Assembly (NCBI RefSeq): GCF_000953295.1 | Contig: NZ_LN649255.1 | Span: 258,196-290,195, forward strand | Length of the DNA stretch: 32,000 bases | Origin: Candidatus Portiera aleyrodidarum | GTDB taxonomy: Bacteria; Pseudomonadota; Gammaproteobacteria; Johnevansiales; Johnevansiaceae | Direction of reading: 5' to 3' | Shown: positions 21,581-30,911 of the stretch, piece after piece | Position numbering within the stretch: the first letter of the stretch is position 1 | Layout: each line of letters starts with the position of its first letter | The notes under the pieces: model-generated | Seen by the model: only the letters and a program-made list of their open reading frames with translations | What the model was told of the DNA's origin: nothing | Database searches by the model: none | Position numbers and translations under genes: made by a program

Positions 21581-22859
21581 TTTTTACATACCTATTTATA
21601 TATTCTTGTTTCCAAAGTGATTTTAAACAGTCAAATTCTCTTATTAAAAAAATTTTATTTTTATCAACAATTATTTCAGAAGGTCTTTTTCTAGTATTAT
21701 AATTAGAACACATAACAAATCCATATGCTCCAACTGAATGTATTACTAATAAATCTTTTTGTGATAATTTATTTAAATATCTTTTTTTACCTAAAAAATC
21801 ACTAGATTCACATATTGGACCTACAATATCATAAAATAAATTTTTATAATATTTAACCTTATTAAGATCTACAACTTTTATATTATGCCAAGCATTATAA
21901 AAAGCGGGACGAATAAAATCATTCATCCCTGCATCTACAATAGCAAAATTTTTAAAATTTATTTTTTTTATAATTTCAATTTTAGTTAATAATACACCAG
22001 TATTAGCTAATATAGATCTACCTGGTTCTAATATTATTTCTATATTATGAATATTAGCAAATATTATTTCACATATAGTTGAAAAATATTTTTTTATTAA
22101 ATATTTATATAACTTTATTTTTTTATAATTTATTCCTAATCCTCCACCTAGATCTAAGATATTAAGTTTGATTTTTTTTTTATATAATTTTTTTATTAAT
22201 AATATTATATTATCTAATGCTTCTAGAAATGGATTAATCTTTAATATTTGTGAACCAATATGAAAATCTATACCTAGAATTTTTATATTTTTTAATGACT
22301 TAGCATAAATATATGCTTCTTCAGCTTTATCAATAGCTATACCAAATTTATTGGTTTTTAATCCAGTAGAAATATATGGATGTGTTTTAGCATCTACATT
22401 AGGGTTTATACGTATTGATATATTTGCTTTATTTTTTAATTTTATAGCAATTAAATTTAATCTATCCATTTCTTGAAAAGATTCAACATTAAAACATTTA
22501 ATTCCTACTTTTAATGCTCTTTTAATTTCTTGTTTTTTTTTAGCAACTCCAGAATAAACTATTTTTTTAGGATCCCCTCCAGCAGTTAAAACTTTTTCTA
22601 ATTCCCCAATAGAAACAATATCAAATCCAGATCCAATTTTTGATAAAATATTAATAATAGCAATATTAGAATTCGCTTTAAGTGCATAACAAATTAGATT
22701 TGGATGATTAATCAAAGATAATTGAGATTTATAATAATTAAAATATTTAATTAATTTTTTTTTAGAATAAACATAACAAGGCGTTCCAAATATTTTAGCT
22801 ATTTTTAAAAAATTAATATTTTCTACACATAAAATACCTTTATCTCTTTTGAATGTCAT
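21564..22859 (-). CDS. lysA: diaminopimelate decarboxylase
   Basis: 431 aa. PLP-lysine motif YALKANSN, plus LDLGGGLGINY, ILEPGRSI and CESSD. Confidence 0.95.
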   Translation of the reverse strand: MTFKRDKGILCVENINFLKIAKIFGTPCYVYSKKKLIKYFNYYKSQLSLINHPNLICYALKANSNIAIINILSKIGSGFDIVSIGELEKVLTAGGDPKKIVYSGVAKKKQEIKRALKVGIKCFNVESFQEMDRLNLIAIKLKNKANISIRINPNVDAKTHPYISTGLKTNKFGIAIDKAEEAYIYAKSLKNIKILGIDFHIGSQILKINPFLEALDNIILLIKKLYKKKIKLNILDLGGGLGINYKKIKLYKYLIKKYFSTICEIIFANIHNIEIILEPGRSILANTGVLLTKIEIIKKINFKNFAIVDAGMNDFIRPAFYNAWHNIKVVDLNKVKYYKNLFYDIVGPICESSDFLGKKRYLNKLSQKDLLVIHSVGAYGFVMCSNYNTRKRPSEIIVDKNKIFLIREFDCLKSLWKQEYINRYVKNVNLF

Positions 22860-22867
22860 TTTTTTAT

Positions 22868-24262
22868 TTATCCTAATAATTTTTTCAGATATTTTTTAGC
22901 ACGTAATGCTGCAGATCTAACTTGGCTGGGAGCAGTAGCACCAATATGATTACGTGTATTAATAGAACCTTCTAACGTTAATACTTCTAAAAGTTCTTCA
23001 TCAATTTTATTATAAAAATTACGTAAATTATCAAGATATATTTCATTAAAATTTTTTTTATTTTTTATTCCATAATAAACTACTTTCCCAACTATAGAAT
23101 GAGCATCCCGAAAAGGAACTCCACGTTTTACTAAATAATCTGCAAAATCTGTTGCTGTAGAATAATTACATAAAGCTGATAAATACATTTTTTTTGGTTT
23201 AATTTTTAAATTCGTAATAATTTTAATAAAATTATCTATACAATTTTTTACTGTTTCAGTAGTATCAAATAATGGTTCTTTATCTTCTTGATTATCTTTA
23301 TTATATGCTAATGGTTGTGATTTCATTAAAACTAATAAATTTAATAAATTCCCATATATCCGACCTGTTTTACCTCTAATTAATTCAGGAATATCTGGAT
23401 TTTTTTTTTGAGGCATAATTGAAGAACCAGTACATAAAAAATCTGGTAATTCTATAAAATCAAAAGGTAAACTTGTCCATAATATTAATTCTTCACACAT
23501 TCTTGACAAATGCATTAATAAAATACTAGAAAATGATGTAAATTCAATTGCAAAATCTCTATCACTTACAGCATCTAAAGAATTTTCTGTTATATTATCA
23601 AAACCTAATAATTCTTTAATTAGATTACGATTAATAGGATATGTAGTGCCAGCTAAAGCGGCTGAGCCTAAAGGCAAGATATTAATTCTTTTACGACATT
23701 CTAAAATACGAGAATGATCTCGAGAAATCATTTCATGCCAAGCTAATAGATGATGTCCAAAAGTAACTGGTTGTGCTATTTGTAAATGAGTAAATCCAGG
23801 CATAATAGTATCAGATTCAGAAATAGCTAATTTAATTAACCTTTTTCTTAAAGTAGTTATTTTTAATTTAATTTTATCTATTTCTTCTCTTAAATAAAGA
23901 CGTATATCTGTAGAAATTTGATCATTACGTGATCTCCCAGTATGTATTTTTTTTCCAATATTTCCTATTTTTTTTATTAAATTTACTTCTAAATTCATAT
24001 GAACATCTTCAAGTTTAATAAACCACTTTATTTTTTCATTATTAATATCTTTTTCAATTTCTTTTAACCCATTAATTATTAATTTACTTTCTTTAGAAGT
24101 TAATAAACCTACAATTTCTAACATTTTTGCATGTGCGATAGAGACTTTTATATCATGATAATAAAGACGACAATCAAAATTTATTGAAGCAGTAAATTTT
24201 TCTACTAATTTATCTGTAGATTTTTTAAAACGACCAATCCATGGTTTTTTTAATCTTATCAT
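22868..24262 (-). CDS. argH: argininosuccinate lyase
   Basis: 464 aa. HTGRSRNDQ is present, together with the fumarate-lyase family signature [12 protein letters not shown]. Confidence 0.96.
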   Translation of the reverse strand: MIRLKKPWIGRFKKSTDKLVEKFTASINFDCRLYYHDIKVSIAHAKMLEIVGLLTSKESKLIINGLKEIEKDINNEKIKWFIKLEDVHMNLEVNLIKKIGNIGKKIHTGRSRNDQISTDIRLYLREEIDKIKLKITTLRKRLIKLAISESDTIMPGFTHLQIAQPVTFGHHLLAWHEMISRDHSRILECRKRINILPLGSAALAGTTYPINRNLIKELLGFDNITENSLDAVSDRDFAIEFTSFSSILLMHLSRMCEELILWTSLPFDFIELPDFLCTGSSIMPQKKNPDIPELIRGKTGRIYGNLLNLLVLMKSQPLAYNKDNQEDKEPLFDTTETVKNCIDNFIKIITNLKIKPKKMYLSALCNYSTATDFADYLVKRGVPFRDAHSIVGKVVYYGIKNKKNFNEIYLDNLRNFYNKIDEELLEVLTLEGSINTRNHIGATAPSQVRSAALRAKKYLKKLLG

Positions 24263-24302
24263 TTTTTTCCCTTTTTTTAAAAATTATATTATTATATCTA
24301 TG

Positions 24303-24375
24303 GCCGGAGTAGCTCAAATGGTAGAGTAGCGCATTCGTAATGCGGAGGTTGTAGGTTCAAGTCCTATCTGCGGCA
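24303..24375 (+). tRNA. tRNA-Thr (anticodon CGU), acceptor stem with one G-G mismatch
   Basis: Hand-folded 73 nt. Acceptor GCCGGAG/CTGCGGC, with the 5:68 pair G-G; D arm GCTC-AAATGGTA-GAGT; anticodon arm GCGCA-TTCGTAA-TGCGG, near-identical to E. coli tRNA-Thr(CGU); T arm GTAGG-TTCAAGT-CCTAT; discriminator A. It lies on the opposite strand to all flanking CDSs. Confidence 0.85.
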
Positions 24376-24382
24376 TCCAGTT

Positions 24383-25387
24383 TTATATTAATTTTTCATT
24401 TTTTAATTCACTTTTTAAATATGCATAATACAGAGGAGCTGCTATTAAACCTGAAAAACCAAAAGCAGCATCAAAAAATAACATAGCAAATAATAATTCC
24501 CAGGCATTTGAGTTGATCCGCATCCCTATAATTCGAGCATTTAAAAAATATTCTAATTTATGAATAGCTATCAAATAAGTAAGGATTATAACTGCAGACC
24601 AGATAGATACTGAAAGTGATACAATAAAAATTAATAGGTTAGAAATAATATTTCCTATTAATGGAATTAATCCCATGATAAAAGTAATAAGTATTAAAGT
24701 TTTAGTTAAAGGTAAATATACATTAAATAATGGTACAAATAATAATAAAAAAATAGCACTTAATATAGTATTTACTAATGAGATTTTAAGTTGTGCAAAG
24801 ACAACATTATGAAAGGCTTTACTGAATATAATTGATCTTTGTAATAAAGCATTAGTAAATGGAGTAATTGATTTTCTATCAGGTATATTTTGTAAAGCAA
24901 TAATTGCTCCTAAAATCATCCCTCCTAATAATGTAAAAAAAATATGTAATGCACCTCTACCAAAACTTTGAATTTCATTAATATGGGAATACACCCATTC
25001 ATTTATAATTTGACGAAATTCATCTGCACTTTCTGGTAAATAAATTACAATAGAAGGAGGTAATTGATGTCTAGCTTTATCAAAAATTAACATAAATCTT
25101 TGAATAACTTTCTCAGGGTTTTTAATTTCATGTAATATTAAACTAATAACAGTAAAAAAAAATATACTTAAAATTGTAACTATACTAGTTCCTAATAAAA
25201 CTACTGAAAAAAATCTTGCTTTATTTACTGGTATAAATTTTTGTAATAAAGGTGTAATTGCATTAACTAATTCAAATACTAATAAACCAGATAATAAACA
25301 TGGTAAAAGATGTAAAGGAAATATTAATAATAAACCAATAAAAAAAAGAAACAAACTAACAAGAGTACTTTTACTAATTTTAAACAT
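24383..25387 (-). CDS. AI-2E family (PerM/YhhT/TqsA-like, UPF0118) integral membrane transporter
   Basis: 334 aa and strongly hydrophobic with multiple TM segments. The C-terminal half has the family-typical pattern (GLIPLIGNIISN..., ...IHKLEYFLNARIIGMRINSNAW..., AFGFSGLIAAPL). The assignment rests on remembered family features, not on a search. Confidence 0.65.
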   Translation of the reverse strand: MFKISKSTLVSLFLFFIGLLLIFPLHLLPCLLSGLLVFELVNAITPLLQKFIPVNKARFFSVVLLGTSIVTILSIFFFTVISLILHEIKNPEKVIQRFMLIFDKARHQLPPSIVIYLPESADEFRQIINEWVYSHINEIQSFGRGALHIFFTLLGGMILGAIIALQNIPDRKSITPFTNALLQRSIIFSKAFHNVVFAQLKISLVNTILSAIFLLLFVPLFNVYLPLTKTLILITFIMGLIPLIGNIISNLLIFIVSLSVSIWSAVIILTYLIAIHKLEYFLNARIIGMRINSNAWELLFAMLFFDAAFGFSGLIAAPLYYAYLKSELKNEKLI

Positions 25388-25417
25388 ATAACTGTTCCTA
25401 AAAATATAAAAAATTAA

Positions 25418-26362
25418 CTAATTTAAAGAGGGTAAATGTTTATTACAACGAGAAATTAAAATATCTCTATATTTTTTAGGTTCTTTAGGTTTTAATTTCT
25501 GAAAACCAGGAAAAATATTTATTACTAATAAACGAGAAATCCAATATCTTAAAGCTGTTAAACATAACATTTTAGGCCAAATATATAATTCTTGTTTTGT
25601 AAAAGGACGTTCAATAATATAATTCTTTAATATTGCTTTATATTTATATTCTATAATCTTACCATATTTATCACTACACCAATCATTTATTAAAATAGCT
25701 AAATCAAAAAGTAAATTTCCTGTGCATCCATTATAAAAATCTATTAAACCACAAATATTATTACCATAAAATAAAGTATTATCTCTAAATAAATCACCAT
25801 GCAAAATACCTTGGGGTATTTTTAAATTTTTTACTAAATTTTTTAATAAATATATTTGATTAAACATTAATTTTTGATCTGTTTTATTTAAAAAAAATAT
25901 AACTTTATAATAATTTAAAATAATCCAATTCAGATCTCTTAAATTTTGTTTCTTTAATTTAAAATATTTAGATATTGAATGTAATTTCCCTAGTGTTTTA
26001 CCAATTATAGAACATTGTTCTATATTAGGTTTTTTTGGATGGCGCCCATATAACTTTGGAAATAATAAAGCGTTTTTACCAGATAGTTTTTTTATTCTTA
26101 TATTATTTTTATCTTTTAAAGGCACAGCTACTGGGAAACAATGTGAATAAAGAAATTTTAATAAATCTATAAAAAAAACTAAATCCTTATATTCACCTTG
26201 TTCAAATAATGTTAATACAAATTTTTTATTTTCTGTATTAATAAAAAAAGTAGAATTTTCTGTACCTTGATTTACTTCTTTAAATTTTCTTATTTTTTTT
26301 ATATTAAAACTGTTTAAAAATAAAATTAATTGTTTTTTTTTTAATTTAGTAAATACAGCCAT
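25418..26362 (-). CDS. thrB: homoserine kinase, Pseudomonas-type (type II, aminoglycoside/choline-kinase fold)
   Basis: 314 aa, collinear with P. aeruginosa ThrB: MAVFTKL..., GTENSTFFI, FVLTLFEQG, ILHGDLFRDNTLF, GLIDFYN, INDWCSD, RYWISRL. Confidence 0.9.
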   Translation of the reverse strand: MAVFTKLKKKQLILFLNSFNIKKIRKFKEVNQGTENSTFFINTENKKFVLTLFEQGEYKDLVFFIDLLKFLYSHCFPVAVPLKDKNNIRIKKLSGKNALLFPKLYGRHPKKPNIEQCSIIGKTLGKLHSISKYFKLKKQNLRDLNWIILNYYKVIFFLNKTDQKLMFNQIYLLKNLVKNLKIPQGILHGDLFRDNTLFYGNNICGLIDFYNGCTGNLLFDLAILINDWCSDKYGKIIEYKYKAILKNYIIERPFTKQELYIWPKMLCLTALRYWISRLLVINIFPGFQKLKPKEPKKYRDILISRCNKHLPSLN

Positions 26363-27396
26363 TTAATAGTTTCAAGTAAATAATTCATTTGTTGTATAGT
26401 ACCGATAGATATACGTAGATAATCATTTAGATTATTAAAATATCTAACTAGTATACCATGATTACGTAATTTAATAAACAAATCTTTTGCTGATATATTA
26501 ATTGGTTTAACTAAAATAAAATTAGCTTTAGATGGTAGAACTCTAAAGCCAATAAGTTTTAATTTTTTTGATAAATTCTCACGTATATAAATAATATAAT
26601 TACATTTATTTTTTAAATATTTAATATCTTTAATAGCTTCAACAGCTATTAATTCACTAATTATATCAATCGGATATGAATTAAAAGAATTTTTTACTTT
26701 TTCTAATCCTTTTATTAAATGATTAGATCCTATTGCAAAACCAATTCTTATTCCCGCTAAGCTATGAGCTTTTGATAAAGTATTTACAATTAATAAATTT
26801 TTATATTTTTTTATAAGTGGAATTGCACTTTCAGAACCAAAATTAATATATGCTTCATCAATTAAAACGACAGAGTCATTATGACTCTCAATCAAATTAA
26901 TAATCTCTATATAAGATATTGCATGACCTGTTGGTGTGTTAGGATTAGCAAATATTATACCACCATTAGGTATATTCATTTTATTTAAAGTTATTTCTAA
27001 ATTTTTATTTAATGGTATTGTTTTATATTTAATATTATATAGTTTACAATAAACAGGATAAAAACTATAAGTTATATTTGGTATTATTAATGGTAACTTT
27101 TGACAAAAAAAAGCCAAAAACGATAAAGCTAATACTTCATCAGAACCATTACCAACAAAAATTTGTTCATATTTTATCTTATATCTTTTTGCAATATTTT
27201 TTCTAAGATTACTAGTTGTTGGATCTGGATAAAGTCTTAAATTATAAGAATTAAAATTTTTTAATAAATTCTTTATTTTTTGAGTAGGAGGATATGGATT
27301 TTCATTTGTATTTAATTTTATCATTTTTTTATATGGTTGTTCGCCTGGGATATATGGATTTAATTTCTTAAGTTTATAACTCAAAAATTTTATCAT
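26341..27396 (-). CDS. hisC: histidinol-phosphate aminotransferase
   Basis: 351 aa class-II aminotransferase. KLNTNENPYPP and GNGSDE are present, and the PLP-lysine lies in NTLSKAHSLAGIRIGF. The last 22 nt overlap the thrB start. Confidence 0.9.
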   Translation of the reverse strand: MIKFLSYKLKKLNPYIPGEQPYKKMIKLNTNENPYPPTQKIKNLLKNFNSYNLRLYPDPTTSNLRKNIAKRYKIKYEQIFVGNGSDEVLALSFLAFFCQKLPLIIPNITYSFYPVYCKLYNIKYKTIPLNKNLEITLNKMNIPNGGIIFANPNTPTGHAISYIEIINLIESHNDSVVLIDEAYINFGSESAIPLIKKYKNLLIVNTLSKAHSLAGIRIGFAIGSNHLIKGLEKVKNSFNSYPIDIISELIAVEAIKDIKYLKNKCNYIIYIRENLSKKLKLIGFRVLPSKANFILVKPINISAKDLFIKLRNHGILVRYFNNLNDYLRISIGTIQQMNYLLETIKWLYLLN

Positions 27397-27416
27397 TTTT
27401 TATTATTACCTTAAAT

Positions 27417-28196
27417 TTATAATCTAACAGATATTCCTTTTTTAGCCATATATTTTTTAGCTTGATCAATTGTATATTCACCAAAATGAAATATACTAGC
27501 TGCTAAAACTGCATCTGCTTTACCTTTTTTTATACCATCTACAAAATGATTTAAATTACCTACTCCACCTGAAGCTATGATAGGTACTTTTACTCTTTTA
27601 CTAATATTTTTTATAAGATTTATATCAAAACCAAGTTTAGTACCATCTCGATCTATACTAGTTATCAATAATTCACCTGCTCCATATTTTACCATTTTAC
27701 AAGCCCAATCTATCGCATTTATACCACTAGATTTTCTTCCACCATATATTAATATTTCCCAATCTTCTTTTATATTTTTATATTTTTTTCTTTTAGCATC
27801 AAGAGCTACAACTATACATTGACTTCCAAATTTTTCAGATGCTTCACGTACTATATTAGGATTTAATACAGCTGCAGTATTTATTGAAATTTTATCTGCA
27901 CCTGCATTAAGTAAATCTCTAATATTCTTACAATTTTTTATTCCACCCCCTACAGTTAATGGGATAAAAATTTCATTTGCTATTTGATTAACTACTTTTA
28001 AAGTATTATATCTGCCAGTTTGACTTGCTGTAATATCTAATAAAGTAATTTCATCTGCATTTTGGTCATTATAAAATTTTGCAATTTCTAAAGGATCACC
28101 TGCGTAACGAAGATTTTCAAATTTTCTACCTTTTACTACTTTTCCACAATCGAGATCTAAGCAAGGAATAATACGTTTAGATAAACTCATAAACAA
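27417..28196 (-). CDS. hisF: imidazole glycerol phosphate synthase cyclase subunit
   Basis: 259 aa. [40 protein letters not shown] and [11 protein letters not shown] are present. Confidence 0.97.
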   Translation of the reverse strand: MFMSLSKRIIPCLDLDCGKVVKGRKFENLRYAGDPLEIAKFYNDQNADEITLLDITASQTGRYNTLKVVNQIANEIFIPLTVGGGIKNCKNIRDLLNAGADKISINTAAVLNPNIVREASEKFGSQCIVVALDAKRKKYKNIKEDWEILIYGGRKSSGINAIDWACKMVKYGAGELLITSIDRDGTKLGFDINLIKNISKRVKVPIIASGGVGNLNHFVDGIKKGKADAVLAASIFHFGEYTIDQAKKYMAKKGISVRL

Positions 28197-28197
28197 C

Positions 28198-28926
28198 CTA
28201 AATTTTATTTATTAATAATTGTGCTTTATATAAATCTATTTTTCCTTCATAAAAAGCACGACCTATAATAGTACCTAATATAATATTTTTATTATATTTT
28301 TTTAAATAAGTTATATCAAAAATATTACTTAATCCTCCAGAAGCTATAATTGGTAGATTAACTATCTTAGCTAAATTTATTGTATTTTTTATATTTAATC
28401 CTTGCATCATCCCATCTCTTGAAATATCAGTATATATTATTGAACTTATACCACAATTAGAAAACTTTTTTGCTAAATCTATAGATTTTATATTTGATAA
28501 TTTTTTCCACCCATCTAGAGCTACATATCCATTATATGAATCAATACTTAAAATAATATGTTTACCAAATTTTTTACATATTTTATATATTTTATTTGGT
28601 TTTTTTATTGCTAAAGTACCGATAATTATATATTTTATACCAATATCTAAAGATTTTTTTATTGTATCACTATTTCTTATTCCACCACCTAGTTGTATAA
28701 TCAACTTAGGAAAAATTTTTACAATTTTTTTTATAATATAAAGATTTACTGGTTCTCCTAATACAGCACCATTTAAATCTATAATATGTAATCTTTTTAT
28801 GCCTAATGTTACAAAATCCTTTATAATATTTAAAGGATTACCATAATCTGTTACCTGGTACATACGCCCTTGTTTTAATCTAACACATCTCCCATTTTTT
28901 AAATCTATTGCAGGTATTATTAACAT
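28198..28926 (-). CDS. hisA: 1-(5-phosphoribosyl)-5-[(5-phosphoribosylamino)methylideneamino]imidazole-4-carboxamide isomerase
   Basis: 242 aa. [41 protein letters not shown] and ASGGL are present. It sits between hisH and hisF. Confidence 0.95.
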   Translation of the reverse strand: MLIIPAIDLKNGRCVRLKQGRMYQVTDYGNPLNIIKDFVTLGIKRLHIIDLNGAVLGEPVNLYIIKKIVKIFPKLIIQLGGGIRNSDTIKKSLDIGIKYIIIGTLAIKKPNKIYKICKKFGKHIILSIDSYNGYVALDGWKKLSNIKSIDLAKKFSNCGISSIIYTDISRDGMMQGLNIKNTINLAKIVNLPIIASGGLSNIFDITYLKKYNKNIILGTIIGRAFYEGKIDLYKAQLLINKI

Positions 28927-28939
28927 TTTAATTTCTCTT

Positions 28940-29572
28940 TTAAGGTTCCCATCTAATAAAATTTTTTAAAAATTTAAGTCCTATGAAAGAACTTTTTTCT
29001 GGATGAAATTGAACAGTAATAATAGAATTATATCCAATAATTACATTAGCACGTCTGCCCCCATATTCAGTAATACCAAAAATATTCTTTTTAAATTTTG
29101 ATTTTACATAATAACTATGTACAAAATAAAATCGTGATCCACTTTTTATACCTCTCCAAATTGGATGGTCATTATATTTATATACAACATTCCAACCAAT
29201 ATGTGGAATTTTAAAATTTAAATTATAATTTTTATTATTATATTTTTTTACAATACCTGGAATGTAATTTATACAAAATACACTATTATTTTCTTCACTA
29301 GATTCCATAAATAAATGTTGACCTATACATATCCCTAATATTGGTTTATTATTTTTATATATTAAATCTTTTATTAACCAATATAATTCTTTTTTTTTAA
29401 GTCCATTAATACAATCTTTTATTGCACCTTGACCAGGCAATATAATCCGATTAGCATTTTTTATATCTTTAGCTTTATTACTAACTATCACATTTTCATT
29501 AGTAACTTTTTTTATTGCATTTGCTACTGAATATAAATTCCCAACACCATAATCTACAATTATTATTGTCAT
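28940..29572 (-). CDS. hisH: imidazole glycerol phosphate synthase glutamine amidotransferase subunit
   Basis: 210 aa. IVDYGVGNL, LPGQGA, the catalytic Cys in GICIGQH, and FHPEKS are present. Confidence 0.95.
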   Translation of the reverse strand: MTIIIVDYGVGNLYSVANAIKKVTNENVIVSNKAKDIKNANRIILPGQGAIKDCINGLKKKELYWLIKDLIYKNNKPILGICIGQHLFMESSEENNSVFCINYIPGIVKKYNNKNYNLNFKIPHIGWNVVYKYNDHPIWRGIKSGSRFYFVHSYYVKSKFKKNIFGITEYGGRRANVIIGYNSIITVQFHPEKSSFIGLKFLKNFIRWEP

Positions 29573-29585
29573 ATAATATATATTT

Positions 29586-30209
29586 TTATAAACTACCTTT
29601 AGTAGAATATAATTTATTTTTTATACGTCCATCTAATGATATTGCCATACGGATAGCAACACCAAAAGCTTTAAATATACTTTCTATTTGATGATGTGAA
29701 TTATATCCTTTTAAATTATCAATATGTAGTGTACTCTTTGAATTATTAACCCAAGCTTGAAAAAATTCTCTAAAATTTTGAAAATCAAAATTCACTAAAT
29801 TTTTATAATTTAAATTTTTCATATATAATGATGGTCTACCAGAAAAATCAATAACTACACGTGATAAAGATTCATCCATCGGTATATAAGCAAAACCATA
29901 CCTTTTAATTCCAATTTTATTTCCTAAAGCTTTCTGAAAAGCTTTGCCAATAGCTATCCCTATATCTTCTACTGTATGATGATTATCAATAGGTGTATAA
30001 ACTTTTGTCTTTATTGTAATATCTATTTGTCCATTATTAGTTAATTGATCTAGCATATGTTCTAAAAATTCAATTCCGCAATTAGTGTTTAAATTACCTT
30101 TCCCATCTAAATTTATATAAACTCTAATTTTAGTTTCATTCGTTTCTCTATATATACTAGCTGTACGATATTTTTTTAATTTAATAATTTTTTTTTTATA
30201 ACAAGACAT
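29586..30209 (-). CDS. hisB: imidazoleglycerol-phosphate dehydratase (monofunctional, no histidinol-phosphatase domain)
   Basis: 207 aa, collinear with the ~197-aa Pseudomonas HisB: ETNETKI, FLEHMLDQL, DNHHTVEDIGIAIG, RYGFAYIPMDESLSRVVIDFSGRP, HHQIESIFKAFG and the C-terminal STKGSL. Confidence 0.96.
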   Translation of the reverse strand: MSCYKKKIIKLKKYRTASIYRETNETKIRVYINLDGKGNLNTNCGIEFLEHMLDQLTNNGQIDITIKTKVYTPIDNHHTVEDIGIAIGKAFQKALGNKIGIKRYGFAYIPMDESLSRVVIDFSGRPSLYMKNLNYKNLVNFDFQNFREFFQAWVNNSKSTLHIDNLKGYNSHHQIESIFKAFGVAIRMAISLDGRIKNKLYSTKGSL

Positions 30210-30268
30210 AAAACTTTTTCCTATTATTGTAGTTTAATTACTATAAATTTATTATAATATTTATTAAT

Positions 30269-30341
<73 letters not shown>

Positions 30342-30357
30342 CTGCTGTAACATGCAT

Positions 30358-30428
30358 TGGGGTATAGCCAAGTGGAAAGGCACCGGTTTTTGGTATCGGT
30401 ATCCCAGGTTCGAATCCTGGTACCCCAG
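30358..30428 (+). tRNA. tRNA-Gln (anticodon UUG)
   Basis: 71 nt. Acceptor TGGGGTA/TACCCCA, giving the U1-A72 pair typical of tRNA-Gln; anticodon arm CCGGT-TTTTGGT-ATCGG; T arm CCAGG-TTCGAAT-CCTGG; 4-nt variable loop; discriminator G. No encoded CCA. Confidence 0.93.
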
Positions 30429-30444
30429 AATCATAAACAATTTA

Positions 30445-30517
30445 GCCGATATAGCTCAGTTGGTAGAGCATCTGATTTGTAATCAGGTTGTCTCAGGTTC
30501 GAATCCTGATGTCGGTA
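30445..30517 (+). tRNA. tRNA-Thr (anticodon UGU)
   Basis: 73 nt. Acceptor GCCGATA/TGTCGGT; anticodon arm TCTGA-TTTGTAA-TCAGG; T arm TCAGG-TTCGAAT-CCTGA; discriminator A. No encoded CCA. Confidence 0.93.
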
Positions 30518-30527
30518 TATGATTTTT

Positions 30528-30873
30528 TGGAGGCGGCGGGAGTTGAACCCGCGTCCATAAATCTTACTTAAGAAGTTTATACATGTTTAGCTTCATCTTT
30601 ATAAAAGATTTACATAATTAATAAATATGATGAGCAATATTTATTAAAGTAAGTCTTATATTATTTTTACGGTCAATAAAAAGACCTTAATGACCGCGAT
30701 ACTATTATTTAGTGCTCTAAATTCAGACTTTTAATTATGCTGCTAAACCTAAATTATGAGCACAATTTTTATTATTGGCAAATATTATTTTTTAACTTGA
30801 TTTAACGAGATAAGTTAAATATCTCGACATGAACTTAAAAAGTTTTTATTTATGTCGAATCCATAACGCCCCC
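30528..30873 (-). ncRNA. ssrA: tmRNA (SsrA), one-piece, ~346 nt
   Basis: On the minus strand the 5' end reads GGGGGCGTTATGGATTCGAC. The 3' end reads GGACGCGGGTTCAACTCCCGCCGCCTCCA. Together they form a 7-bp acceptor stem with the alanine-identity G3:U70 pair and a tRNA-like T arm. An internal tag reading frame ends in LAA-stop. The gene lies 38 nt downstream of smpB on the same strand. Confidence 0.95.
30735..30779 (-). other. tmRNA tag-peptide reading frame: ANNKNCAHNLGLAA-stop
   Basis: The reverse complement reads GCC AAT AAT AAA AAT TGT GCT CAT AAT TTA GGT TTA GCA GCA TAA. It has the canonical AN... start and ...LAA end of proteolysis tags. The GTGCTC in the frame can pair with GAGCAC downstream of the stop, equivalent to helix 5. 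Confidence 0.75.
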
Positions 30874-30911
30874 AAGTCTTATATTTTTAATATCCTAATA
30901 AAACTTATTAT

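Noticed and set aside
24383-25387. Elevated GC of the transporter gene as a sign of recent horizontal acquisition
   Set aside because: Comparable or higher local GC occurs in conserved stretches of nuoL (one line counted 47%). The signal is therefore explained by purifying selection on conserved or hydrophobic codons, not by foreign origin.
27577-27822. 81-aa + strand ORF antisense to hisF
   Set aside because: hisF is unambiguous on the minus strand. This antisense frame is open only because the region is conserved and less AT-rich, and it has no motifs.
30210-30268. Possible his leader peptide or attenuator upstream of hisB
   Set aside because: The spacer is only 59 nt. It contains no run of His codons and no GC-rich hairpin potential, and Pseudomonas-type hisB is not attenuator-controlled.
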